From NCBI GenBank assembly GCA_021323375.2, contig JAJPCT020000026.1, positions 8,877 through 40,876 on the forward strand: a stretch of DNA of 32,000 nucleotides. The letters are read 5' to 3'. The notes beneath the pieces were generated by a model. That model had not been told where the DNA came from. It saw only the letters and a program-made list of their open reading frames with translations, and did not search any database. Made by a program: the position numbers and the translations under genes. The DNA is from Candidatus Wolframiiraptor gerlachensis. GTDB taxonomy: Archaea; Thermoproteota; Nitrososphaeria_A; Caldarchaeales; Wolframiiraptoraceae. This document shows, piece after piece, positions 1 through 8,384 of this stretch (position 1 is the stretch's first letter; every line of letters starts with the position of its first letter).

Positions 1-470
1 CCCCTAACCCCATTCTCGATAAATGGCGCCGGCGACCCCGCCGGATCAATATCCACGTAATGGTATCTCGGTCTCTCCCTCCCACACTCGGCAAGCAGCT
101 CATTCGCATCCATGTAGGTCACCTCGACGAATTCCCCGAGTTTATTTATCTCCATGTTCAGCTTGATGAGCTCATATGCCCTAGGTGAGACATCATTCAC
201 GGTCACCTCGCCGACAACATCGGTCTCGAGGAGCATCCGGATACTCCTAACACCAACACCAGCAAGAGCATCGCAAGCCCTGATCTTGAGCCCCCCAAAC
301 CATGCGGCGAGGAATAACACCGTCACATCACGATTCGGCTTCGAGAATGGGTTAAAGAAGACGGGCAGGCTCGTTGGAGCGAAACTCCTTTCTTCAGGGA
401 TCTTCGGCGAGTAGAATATCGCCCTCCCCTCTCTCCTCAGCTCAAGCTCATATCCGGGCTCCGGCATCAT
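1..470 (-). CDS. trm1: tRNA (guanine(26)-N2)-dimethyltransferase Trm1, N-terminal part (gene runs off the left edge)
   Basis: The minus-strand frame is open from the ATG at 470-468 to position 1 and is not in the supplied track. My translation is MMPEPGYELELRREGRAIFYSPKIPEERSFAPTSLPVFFNPFSKPNRDVTVLFL...CDALAGVGVRSIR...HYVDIDPAGSPAPFIENG. It shows the Trm1 hallmarks FxNP..NRD, the SAM-binding D-A-x-x-G-x-G, and a DxDPxGSPxPF motif. The start overlaps the stop of the upstream THEP1 gene (ATGA at 467-470). Confidence 0.85.
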   Translation of the reverse strand, partial: MMPEPGYELELRREGRAIFYSPKIPEERSFAPTSLPVFFNPFSKPNRDVTVLFLAAWFGGLKIRACDALAGVGVRSIRMLLETDVVGEVTVNDVSPRAYELIKLNMEINKLGEFVEVTYMDANELLAECGRERPRYHYVDIDPAGSPAPFIENGVR

Positions 471-1024
471 CTCCTCCCAAGCGCCCCCAAGACCTCGCTC
501 ACAACAATCTCCGGAACCCTATCACGATTCTCCAGCGTCAGAGTGATCAGCCTCCTTCCAGCAAGCTCCTTAACCCTGAGGACAAGTGGATCCCTCGACC
601 TATAATGGACCGTGAGGATCGCATGCTTGCTGGAGACTAGGAGCTTTTCAACCGCCTGCCTGAACTTCTCGCTATAGAGCTCCATTGGGCCAACCTCATC
701 AACAACAACTACATCCGCCTTCTCCACGGCCTCGAGTACGGCCGCAACCCCCACGCCCTCAAGATCATTCAAGTTGACAACGTATTTCCCGAGCCTCGGC
801 CCTCCTCTTAGATCTATGTGCGCAAGTATCCCCTCGCCGCCGCCAATCCTCTTGACCGCGAACCCCATCCTCCTCCCCCGCTCCCGGATCTCCTGAGTAT
901 ACATCCCGCCAACCCTAACCCCGAGCCCCATGAGCCGGTCAACAATCCTTAGGATGGCCGTGGTCTTCCCGGACCCCGGCAGTCCAGTCAGGGCATAGAA
1001 GATCCTCCCAGATCCCGCGCTCAT
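467..1024 (-). CDS. Nucleoside-triphosphatase, THEP1/NTPase_1 family
   Basis: 185 aa with a Walker A motif (GLPGSGKTT) near the N-terminus and a Walker B-like VVVVDEVGPME. Size and layout are typical of archaeal THEP1. Confidence 0.8.
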   Translation of the reverse strand: MSAGSGRIFYALTGLPGSGKTTAILRIVDRLMGLGVRVGGMYTQEIRERGRRMGFAVKRIGGGEGILAHIDLRGGPRLGKYVVNLNDLEGVGVAAVLEAVEKADVVVVDEVGPMELYSEKFRQAVEKLLVSSKHAILTVHYRSRDPLVLRVKELAGRRLITLTLENRDRVPEIVVSEVLGALGRR

Positions 1025-1077
1025 ATCCCGGAGACATTTTACAGCCTTGTCCGATAAAGAATGTTCGCTTACCGGGA

Positions 1078-1797
1078 TTAGTCGAGGATCACGAGTTCGA
1101 GCGGCGAGGTTGGCCTGAGTGGGATAATGCTGCCGAGCCCCCTCGAGACGTAGAGCAGCGTGTCGCCGAGATCATATAGTCCACGCGTGTAGGCGGAGTT
1201 CGTGAATATCGTGAAAGGCCCGAACATCACCCCACCATGAGTATGACCCGCGAGGATCATTCCTGCATCATGGGCATAAAGGGCGACATTAGGATCATGC
1301 GCCAATATTATGTCAGCGCGGCGCCCCCCAAAAGCATATCTCCTATCATCCCTCCAATCGACGCCCAGTATTCGCCCGATCCCGCTCTCCACGACCTCAT
1401 CTCGGAGAACCTTGAAGCCGCATTCTTCAAGGATTTGCATAAGCTTCCTCGTCCCGGCACACCAGTAATCATGGTTACCAAGGACGGCATACTTCTCATC
1501 GGCCTCCATAGATGAGAGGTAGAGCTTGACTTGGTCAAGTGAGCCCGTGAACTCGTCAATAACATCGCCGCCATGTAAAATTATCCTCGGCCTCTCCTCC
1601 CCGAGGATTTCTAGAACCTGTTTCTCAACAGGTCCCATGCCATGGATATGCGTATCCACTAGGAAGGCCGTCTTAGCGCCTAGCCCAAGCCTAAGCCTCG
1701 TCACGATCATCCTATGCGCCTCGATCAAGGAGTAGATTGCCGCCGCGGCTCCCGCGACGACACCTGCTACAAACATCCTCCTCGAGATCCTCGACAA
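1078..1797 (-). CDS. Metallophosphoesterase (calcineurin-like, YkuE-like) with twin-arginine N-terminal signal/anchor
   Basis: Metal-ligand motifs DTHIH, GGDVID, GNHDYW and GHTHGG are present. The N-terminus MSRISRRMFVAGVVAGAAAAIY fits the Tat consensus S-R-R-x-F plus a hydrophobic stretch. Confidence 0.85.
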   Translation of the reverse strand: MSRISRRMFVAGVVAGAAAAIYSLIEAHRMIVTRLRLGLGAKTAFLVDTHIHGMGPVEKQVLEILGEERPRIILHGGDVIDEFTGSLDQVKLYLSSMEADEKYAVLGNHDYWCAGTRKLMQILEECGFKVLRDEVVESGIGRILGVDWRDDRRYAFGGRRADIILAHDPNVALYAHDAGMILAGHTHGGVMFGPFTIFTNSAYTRGLYDLGDTLLYVSRGLGSIIPLRPTSPLELVILD

Positions 1798-1825
1798 GTC
1801 CTCGGCTCACCCCCTCACTCGGGGG

Positions 1826-2473
1826 CTAGAAATCGTCTAGCTTTCTCTGTGCAAGCTTTGAAATAGTCTTCCATGTAAGTCTTATGTGCTCTTTCCGGAT
1901 ATCCCCCCTCATAAGGGCTTGGAGTAGGAAGTTCCGGGTCTTTGGATCTGAGGGGTATCCTGAGCCGAAGTCCCCGAGCTCGGCCTTCAGCCTCTCGACA
2001 AGCATATCCCTCTCATGCTTCGCGATAATAGAGGCTGCTGAGACGACTGGATACTTTCGATCAGCTTTATGCTCGAGTATGAGGGAGCACTGGTGGCCCG
2101 CATAACGCTCTATCAACGCCCTGAAATCATAATACTTTGTCGAGGGCAGGTCTATGTAGGCGGCGTCGGGCCTAAGCCTATCAATAATCTCTGCGATCAT
2201 ACGGGCCTCAAGCTCATTGATCCCCTTGGCGCCGCTTCTCCTCGTGGACTCATCTACTAGCCGGGCCTCGACAACTACTAGCTCAACCCTCTCCGCGATC
2301 TTCTTTATCAGCTTGGAGAGCTCGGCCCTAACGCCCGGCGTGAGCTCCTTAGAGTCTCTGACACCGGCCTCGATGAGCTCGCCCACCCTCGACTGATCCA
2401 CGAGGATGCCCGCGATCACCATCGGGCCTATGACAGCTCCTCTACCCGCCTCATCTATCCCACAGATCCTCAA
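1826..2473 (-). CDS. rnhB: Ribonuclease HII
   Basis: The N-terminal motif ICGIDEAGRGAVIGPMV, the later SASIIAK, and a length of 215 aa are typical of archaeal RNase HII. Confidence 0.93.
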   Translation of the reverse strand: MRICGIDEAGRGAVIGPMVIAGILVDQSRVGELIEAGVRDSKELTPGVRAELSKLIKKIAERVELVVVEARLVDESTRRSGAKGINELEARMIAEIIDRLRPDAAYIDLPSTKYYDFRALIERYAGHQCSLILEHKADRKYPVVSAASIIAKHERDMLVERLKAELGDFGSGYPSDPKTRNFLLQALMRGDIRKEHIRLTWKTISKLAQRKLDDF

Positions 2474-2530
2474 CGGATCTCACTCAAGCAATTACAAGTG
2501 ATAAGGCTTTACCCGGGGGAGAGTGAGGGC

Positions 2531-2538
2531 TTTAAATA
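2531..2538 (+). promoter_or_regulatory. TATA box for pepQ
   Basis: tttaaata lies about 23 nt before GTG 2557 and 38 nt before ATG 2572. Confidence 0.45.
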
Positions 2539-2556
2539 CCCCAGCCTAGGAATCTC

Positions 2557-3642
2557 GTGGTTGGCATCGGGATGAGCTATCTGAGCCGCGTGAGAAGGTT
2601 TGTGGAGTCCCTGAGAGGTGATGGGTTAAGCGGGGCGCTGTTGAGAAGTCCCGCGAACATCTTCTACTTCACCGGCTATCGAGGTACCGGCTACTTCTTG
2701 GTCCCGGTTGATGGATTTCCCACGCTCTATGTCTCGCCCCTGAACTTTGAGCTGGCTGAGGAATCGGTCCCGGGGGATATTCAGGTCATTAAGCTTGAGC
2801 AAGGCTCCGACATTCGTAGAGTCTTCGAGCTCATACCAGAAAGCCTCAAAACGCGCATCGGGTTCGATGCTATGGAGGTGGAGGATTATCTAAAGGTCTC
2901 AGGCCAGCTTGTCGGCTCGATGATGCCGGTCTCCAAGCACATCTGGAAGCTCAGGATGGTTAAGGATGAGTCTGAGATCGAGAAGATAAGGAGGGCGTGT
3001 GAGATCTCGTCCAGATGCATGGAGCTCGCATCCGAGCTACTTGGAGAGGGCCTAACAGAATATGAGGTTAAGTCTGAGATATTGAGGGAGATGCTAAGCC
3101 TAGGCGGAGATGGGCCGGCATTCGACCCAATAGTCGCATCGGGCCCGAACTCATCAAAACCCCATGGAGTATACAGGAATAGGATGATCGAGAGAGGTGA
3201 TGTCGTCGTGATCGATCTCGGCGTCATCTATGAGGGCTACTGCTCCGACATCACAAGAACATTCTATCTAGGACCAGGCTCGAATGAGGTATCTAGGGTG
3301 CATCAAGCCGTCTCAGAGGCTAAGCGCCGGGCCGAGGAGCTCATCAGGATAGGTGTAAGGGCCTCAGAAATTTACCATGCAGCGCATGGGGTCTTAGCGT
3401 CGGCGGGCTACGCAGACTACTTCTTACACGCGCTCGGCCATGGCGTCGGGATAGAGATTCATGAGCCACCGAGGCTATTCAGGGACTCCGAGGAGATATT
3501 CACCGAGGGAATGGTGATAACCGTGGAGCCCGGAGTATACTTCCCGAAAAGATTCGGCGTCAGAATCGAGGACACGATCCTCATCAAGAGGGATGGAGTC
3601 GAGAGACTGACCTCAGCGCCCTATGAGCTGGCCCTAGGCTAG
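2557..3642 (+). CDS. pepQ: Xaa-Pro dipeptidase / M24B family metallopeptidase
   Basis: M24 pita-bread motifs are present: DLGVIYEGYCSDITRT, HALGHGVGIEIHEPP, VEPGVY and RIEDT. There is an N-terminal creatinase-like domain. The start is GTG 2557, with an alternative ATG at 2572. Confidence 0.9.
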   Translation: MVGIGMSYLSRVRRFVESLRGDGLSGALLRSPANIFYFTGYRGTGYFLVPVDGFPTLYVSPLNFELAEESVPGDIQVIKLEQGSDIRRVFELIPESLKTRIGFDAMEVEDYLKVSGQLVGSMMPVSKHIWKLRMVKDESEIEKIRRACEISSRCMELASELLGEGLTEYEVKSEILREMLSLGGDGPAFDPIVASGPNSSKPHGVYRNRMIERGDVVVIDLGVIYEGYCSDITRTFYLGPGSNEVSRVHQAVSEAKRRAEELIRIGVRASEIYHAAHGVLASAGYADYFLHALGHGVGIEIHEPPRLFRDSEEIFTEGMVITVEPGVYFPKRFGVRIEDTILIKRDGVERLTSAPYELALG

Positions 3643-4436
3643 GCCCCGAATCTCCTCTGCCTCCTCTGATAAGTCCTTATCGCCCTCATCAGGTCTATCT
3701 TACGGAACTCGGGCCAATAAACATCTAGAAAGATGAGCTCGCTGTAAGCCGATTGCCATAGGAGGAAGTTGCTTATCCTCTCCTCACCAGATGTTCTTAT
3801 AATGACATCCGGATCCGGTATTGGGAGATCCGCCGTATAGAGATATCGGCCTATCACATCCTCGCTGATATCCTCTATACGTAGCTTCCCCGCCAAGACA
3901 TCCATCGCAAGCTTCCTCGCGGCATCAGTTATCTCCGCCCTCCCACCATAGGCGATCGCCAAGTTCACGTAAAGGTTGTCATACTCCCTCGTCTCCTTCT
4001 CAAGCCTCTCAAGAAGGCTTCTCAAATCATCGGGGAGGAGCTCCTTCCTGCCAAGAACCTTCACCCTTATCCTATGCCTATGCACCAAGTCGCCGTTAAG
4101 AACATCCTCAACCTTCTCACGCAATATCCTGAGTAGCTCCTCGATCTCCTTCTCGCTCCTCCTAAAGTTCTCGGTGGAGAGGGCGAAGAATGTCACGACC
4201 TTGATCCCTAGCTCGAGGCACCACTTAATAACTTCCTCAACCTTCTCCGCCCCAACCCTATGACCGTACCATGGCTCAAGCCCTTTCTCCCGAGCCCATC
4301 TTCTATTCCCATCCATTATAACCGCTATATGTGATGGTATCACGCCTCGCGATATCGTCCGGCTAAGCCACTTCTCATAAAGCTTGTAGGCGCCTAAAAA
4401 CCTCAGCAGGCCCTGGAATATGCCCATCCCGGTCAA
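3639..4436 (-). CDS. uppS: Tritrans,polycis-undecaprenyl-diphosphate synthase (cis-prenyltransferase)
   Basis: Motifs HIAVIMDGNRRWA, FALSTENFRR, IRTSGEERISNFLLWQ and the C-terminal RRFG are present. The 3' end overlaps pepQ convergently by 4 nt. Confidence 0.93.
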   Translation of the reverse strand: MTGMGIFQGLLRFLGAYKLYEKWLSRTISRGVIPSHIAVIMDGNRRWAREKGLEPWYGHRVGAEKVEEVIKWCLELGIKVVTFFALSTENFRRSEKEIEELLRILREKVEDVLNGDLVHRHRIRVKVLGRKELLPDDLRSLLERLEKETREYDNLYVNLAIAYGGRAEITDAARKLAMDVLAGKLRIEDISEDVIGRYLYTADLPIPDPDVIIRTSGEERISNFLLWQSAYSELIFLDVYWPEFRKIDLMRAIRTYQRRQRRFGA

Positions 4437-4471
4437 GGGCTCTTGGGTTAGGCCGATTGATAACCTTAACC

Positions 4472-5650
4472 TTAACGCTCAATCTTTCTTCTAAAGTACT
4501 TGGAATATGTTTTTCGCAGGATTCTAGTAACCCATATCGTCACTATTATTGTTGCCATTCCGAGGACTGCTGTGATGACTAGTAGGAGGATGTGCGGGTT
4601 CTCGAAGCCTCCGGACGCGCCGACCACGAGCACTATGCCGGTCCTCTTGAGCAGCGCCCAGAGCCATGCGAGCAGAACCGACCCGCGGACCATGAGCCAG
4701 AAGCTTGGATCTCGCATGAACAGGTAGTATACCATGTTCGCGAGCAGCATTATGAAGATGGCGATCGAGATTATGTCTATCGAGTTGCTTATATATGTCC
4801 CGGCTATGAAGGGTAGCTTTCCAAGCCACCAGAGAACATGTGTCGAGAATTCTGGTGCATCCGGGTAAGCCTCCTGTATCGCTTTTAAAGTCGAGATATA
4901 GCCTATGTAGAATCCGAGCACGAGCAGGAGCGCGGAGGTGATGGCCGCGTATGCTCTTAGCTGCGTGTATGGAGGCAATCTGAATAGCTTTGTTATATTC
5001 TTGAAACTTGATGCAATCCTTTGATCGAGGCCGAAGCCCCTTATGATGAAGTATATCCCGATCGCCGAGAGTATGAAGGGGAGCGAGGCCACGTTGATTA
5101 TGTAAAGTATGCCTATTATCGCCATTAGGAGGCCCGGTATCCCGAGGAATATCCTAGCGTATCTGGGCTCCGTGAAGACGAGCTTCAGGTATCTTCCGAG
5201 AACGAGCCATGTCTGCTCGACGGCCTCACTATGTCTCACGACAACCCTTCTAACGGATATTACAGGGAGCTTGGAAGTGATTATCGGAGTTACGAATTGG
5301 TCCGTGACGCCATCGCTCACGAGCACGCATGCCTCCGCCTTAAACCTCTGGAGGACTTCCTCGAGCTCGCCCATTATCTTCATGTCGGCCTCGATGCCCT
5401 CGCCTTCCTTCCCAGCGACCGTGGCAACCTCAATATTGCCTCCGAACTTCTCAGAAAGCTCCCTGTATACCTTTAATGCCCCGAATATGGCGTTGGCGTC
5501 GGCCTCCTCCGGGTCGGCCAGTAATAGGGCTTGAGCGGCCTTGAGATTCTCCTCAAAGCCTATGATTGGTGTAGAGATGCCAGTCTTCCTCCCGATATCA
5601 TCGTCACGATCCACTACGAGGATCAGCAGCTTCTTCGGCGCCTCGGCCAT
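4472..5650 (-). CDS. DUF373-family archaeal integral membrane protein
   Basis: The soluble N-terminal domain LLILVVDRDDDIGRKTG...ADPEEADANAIFGALKVY is followed by multiple TM helices. This architecture matches my memory of archaeal DUF373. Confidence 0.7.
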   Translation of the reverse strand: MAEAPKKLLILVVDRDDDIGRKTGISTPIIGFEENLKAAQALLLADPEEADANAIFGALKVYRELSEKFGGNIEVATVAGKEGEGIEADMKIMGELEEVLQRFKAEACVLVSDGVTDQFVTPIITSKLPVISVRRVVVRHSEAVEQTWLVLGRYLKLVFTEPRYARIFLGIPGLLMAIIGILYIINVASLPFILSAIGIYFIIRGFGLDQRIASSFKNITKLFRLPPYTQLRAYAAITSALLLVLGFYIGYISTLKAIQEAYPDAPEFSTHVLWWLGKLPFIAGTYISNSIDIISIAIFIMLLANMVYYLFMRDPSFWLMVRGSVLLAWLWALLKRTGIVLVVGASGGFENPHILLLVITAVLGMATIIVTIWVTRILRKTYSKYFRRKIER

Positions 5651-5698
5651 CTATTATCTACACGTATCAAGTTTCTGGAGGGATGAAATAAGGGTTGC

Positions 5699-6604
5699 TC
5701 AGCTCTTTCCAACGAGCTCCTCCAGCCCCTCCCCATCCTCCATTAACGCCTTGAACTCCTCGAAGCTAAGCTTCCTCCCAGCGGCTAGCTTGAGCCTCGC
5801 CTCGGCCTTAAGCCTCTCCTTGACCATCTCAGCCCTCCTCTTCTCCTCTTCCTGCTTAAGCTTCTCTAGCCTCTCCTGAAGCTCGATAAGCCTCGATGAG
5901 ACCAGTATCTTCTCGGCCTCAAGCTCCATAAGCCTCTTCTTGGCGTCAAGATACTTCGCGTGCCACTCGTCGCTCTTCTGCTTAAGCTCTTGGATTTTCT
6001 CCCTCAAAGCCTTCCTCTGCTCGAAGCTCGCGCCCAGCTCCCTCTTCAAGGCGCCAATCTTCTCCCTCAAGGACTCTATCTCGCTTTCAGCCTTGGCGAC
6101 CTCTTCCTCTAGGGCTTGAAGCCTAGACTGGAACTCCTCCCTCTTAACCACCTGCTCGAGCTTCGCGTGAAGCTCCTCGAGGAGCTCGCTCAGCCTCTTC
6201 TCCTCCTCCTTCGGGAGGGGTCCCGTCTGTATCCTCCAGTCTATCTCCTGCATCCTCGCCTCTATCTCCTCCCTGGACTCCTTGACCACCCGCAGCTTTC
6301 TAAACTCGGCTCTAACAGCTCTAAGCTCCTGCCTTTTGGCCTTAAGCTCCGCCTTCATCGAGCCGAGCTCCTCCCTGAGTTTGGCCAGGGCGTCGCGCTT
6401 CTCCCTATCAGCCCCCCTCAGGCCCCTCAGCTTCTCGGTGTAGGGCTTCATCTCCTCATGGATCTTATCCCTCTTCTCCGCGTATCTCCTAACCTCCTCC
6501 TCGACCTCGCTTATCCTTATGTTGAGCTGCCTCAGCTTCTCCCTCAGCTCCAAGACCTCGTTCTCGATCTTCTCATACTCGCTCAGAGAAGACATGATAC
6601 TCAC
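5699..6604 (-). CDS. Archaeal coiled-coil protein (COG1340-like)
   Basis: 301 aa, almost entirely E/K/R/L heptad-like sequence. Its start overlaps the GPN GTPase stop by 4 nt. The long plus-strand ORFs here are low-complexity antisense artefacts. Confidence 0.7.
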   Translation of the reverse strand: MSIMSSLSEYEKIENEVLELREKLRQLNIRISEVEEEVRRYAEKRDKIHEEMKPYTEKLRGLRGADREKRDALAKLREELGSMKAELKAKRQELRAVRAEFRKLRVVKESREEIEARMQEIDWRIQTGPLPKEEEKRLSELLEELHAKLEQVVKREEFQSRLQALEEEVAKAESEIESLREKIGALKRELGASFEQRKALREKIQELKQKSDEWHAKYLDAKKRLMELEAEKILVSSRLIELQERLEKLKQEEEKRRAEMVKERLKAEARLKLAAGRKLSFEEFKALMEDGEGLEELVGKS

Positions 6605-7407
6605 CTCAGCTCTAGATCTTCTTCTAAGAAGAATCTGGTGAGCGCGGCGTGAAGCTCGGAGAGCCCCTCCATAGTCGTAGACGAGACAGGGACTATTGGA
6701 ATGCTTGCTATGATGTCCCGGAGAGTCTCAGCGACCTCGCGCGAGAAGCTCATAAGCCTCCCACGCGTCATACTCTCGAGGTCTAGGAGAAGCGTATCGA
6801 AGGACTCGCTCCAGGCCTCCAGCTTCTCGACGTCCTCCAGCGAGATGGCATCTATCTTATTTAGGGCGTGGACCATGGGAATCCCGAGCGAGAAATAGAC
6901 GGATGCTGAGAGAAACATGCTCGAGATGAAGTTCTTAACAACGCTGCAGAACATGGGGTCCAAGACGAATACCATGACCTTCCTATCCTTGAAGCCTATG
7001 TTCTCGGCTATGATGTACCCCTCCTGCCTGAAGGCAAAGAGCTCGAGCTGCCCCGGGGTATCAACTATGACATAGTCGGCGTTATAGGAGTTTATCTCCT
7101 CCCTAAGATCCTCGACATGCCTAGCAGCCTCCCTGATAGAGGCTATGAGAGCCGCGTTCGGCCCAAGGCGCCTCGTAGACATGATCCTCTCATAGTCCAC
7201 GAAATCCCTGATATCAACATCCGGCTCATAGGGGAGGACTTGGGCGGCTGGATCGAGATTCACAAGCACCACGAACTTGTCTTGAGATCTAAGCCAATCT
7301 CCATAGGCGGATGTTAGCGTGGATTTCCCCGAGCCAGCCGTGCCAACAATGAATATCGTATTCACACCGCCCACCCCCACCGAACAACAAGTAAGCATTA
7401 TGAGCAT
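6601..7407 (-). CDS. GPN-loop GTPase (PAB0955/Npa3 family)
   Basis: Motifs are P-loop VGTAGSGKST, the GPN motif LGPNAA and DTPGQLELF. The true start may be GTG at 7365 (VNTIFIVGTAG), which is preceded by a GGTG-rich SD-like tract. Confidence 0.88.
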   Translation of the reverse strand: MLIMLTCCSVGVGGVNTIFIVGTAGSGKSTLTSAYGDWLRSQDKFVVLVNLDPAAQVLPYEPDVDIRDFVDYERIMSTRRLGPNAALIASIREAARHVEDLREEINSYNADYVIVDTPGQLELFAFRQEGYIIAENIGFKDRKVMVFVLDPMFCSVVKNFISSMFLSASVYFSLGIPMVHALNKIDAISLEDVEKLEAWSESFDTLLLDLESMTRGRLMSFSREVAETLRDIIASIPIVPVSSTTMEGLSELHAALTRFFLEEDLELR

Positions 7408-7414
7408 TAATCAG

Positions 7415-7711
7415 CTAGAAGATCCCGGAGAAGCCCGAGAGCATCTTCTCGTCCTCGCTTTTCAAGATCCTCAGCACTTCCTCCCTCTCCTCGCCCTTAA
7501 CCTCGACCGCGAGATCCTTGGCCAGCTCAAGGGCGCGCCCGCATTGCTCCTCGCTCCCGATTATCCTTATGTAGACGCCGCTCTTGCCCAGTATCCCCGC
7601 ATCCCGCGAGATCACATTGGCCCTCGACACGATATCATCCTTCAATAGTATGTTCATGAGCTTCTCGCCAGCCTCCTTCTCAGCGTAGAGAACGAGCTCC
7701 ATGCCCACCAC
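7415..7711 (-). CDS. Small conserved-looking hypothetical protein with acidic, stalk-like C-terminal tail
   Basis: The 98-aa ORF (GTG 7711, or ATG 7702 giving MELVLYAEKE) directly abuts the upstream stop and lies 7 nt from the GPN GTPase start. It ends ...KSEDEKMLSGFSGIF. Confidence 0.6.
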   Translation of the reverse strand: MVGMELVLYAEKEAGEKLMNILLKDDIVSRANVISRDAGILGKSGVYIRIIGSEEQCGRALELAKDLAVEVKGEEREEVLRILKSEDEKMLSGFSGIF

Positions 7712-7957
7712 CTACTTCTTAGATGAGGCCCACCACTCCAAATACTCTGCATACTTCCTCTTCTTTTTCTCCTCTGTCACACCCACCTCAATATCCCTTC
7801 TCGCATCAACTACTAGATCCTGAGGGGTGTAAATGAGCCCGCAGCCCAGGCAGACATAGGAGCGCGTGTTCCGGTCATAGAGGATCTTCGCCCCGCACTC
7901 ACGACAGTAGGGCAACCCTGGATCGTCCCTCGCTTCAATCGCGCAGCTATTAAACAT
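7712..7957 (-). CDS. Zinc-ribbon protein (CxxC...CxxC) with basic C-terminal tail
   Basis: CRECGAKILYD...YVCLGCG forms a 4-Cys ribbon, followed by the charged tail EEKKKRKYAEYLEWW. It is the first gene of a tightly coupled minus-strand operon. Confidence 0.6.
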   Translation of the reverse strand: MFNSCAIEARDDPGLPYCRECGAKILYDRNTRSYVCLGCGLIYTPQDLVVDARRDIEVGVTEEKKKRKYAEYLEWWASSKK

Positions 7958-8376
7958 TATTCTGGTGGGTTGCTAGGCTAACCTCTTAATCATCAGTTTG
8001 ATTATTTCGTAAATCTATGCGCATAGGAAGTATGCAGAAGATAACGCGATCAGAGAACTTGAAGCAAGATTAGGTTCAATACCTGCCTAGGAACAGGACG
8101 AGTCATTTGTCTCCTAATTATGTATGAATAAATAAAAGAATCTAAACAAAATCCTCTCAAGAATATGCGACTTGATAGTGAAAAGTCTAGTCTAGTGTAG
8201 AATAAAAATGGGAGATGTGGGGGGTGGGGCTGGCCGGCGAGTCCTCGTAGCCGGTCCGGCGGGCATATCGTTTCGAGCAGAATTCAGCCGCATCAAGAAG
8301 AGAAAACATGATTTTTCGGAAAATTCACTCAGCTCTAGTGAATATTTAGTGTTGATCTTTTCGAGGCCTGCAAGCC

Positions 8377-8384
8377 TTTTATAG
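8377..8384 (+). promoter_or_regulatory. TATA-like box for the PDCD5-like gene
   Basis: ttttatag lies 30-40 nt upstream of the GTG 8414, ATG 8417 and ATG 8423 candidates. Confidence 0.45.

Noticed and set aside
154-640. Plus-strand ORFs 154-414 and 374-640 at the left edge.
   Set aside because: The opposite strand encodes clearly recognisable Trm1 and THEP1 sequences. The plus-strand translations are low-complexity with no motifs.
2886-3227. Numerous 60-140-aa ORFs nested antisense or out of frame within larger genes (for example 2886-3227, 4500-4829, 16411-16812, 22319-22654, 25486-25890, 27383-27877).
   Set aside because: Each lies wholly inside a confidently identified gene on the other strand or frame. 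They have biased S/P/L/R composition and lack motifs or promoter-like context.
5541-6652. Long plus-strand ORFs (5541-5879, 6116-6652) rich in S/L/P.
   Set aside because: They are antisense to the E/K/L-rich coiled-coil gene. Their low-complexity sequence mirrors the repetitive GAG/AAG/CTC codons, and they have no motifs or promoter.
8208-8384. A 58-aa plus-strand ORF (MGDVGGGAGRRVLVAGPAGISFRAEF...) covering the GC-rich island.
   Set aside because: Its ATG abuts the only nearby TATA-like box, so a leaderless start is not possible, and there is no SD. The composition switches from GC-rich to AT-rich mid-ORF, and no motif is present. I treat it as non-coding or a possible RNA, but a gene remnant cannot be excluded.
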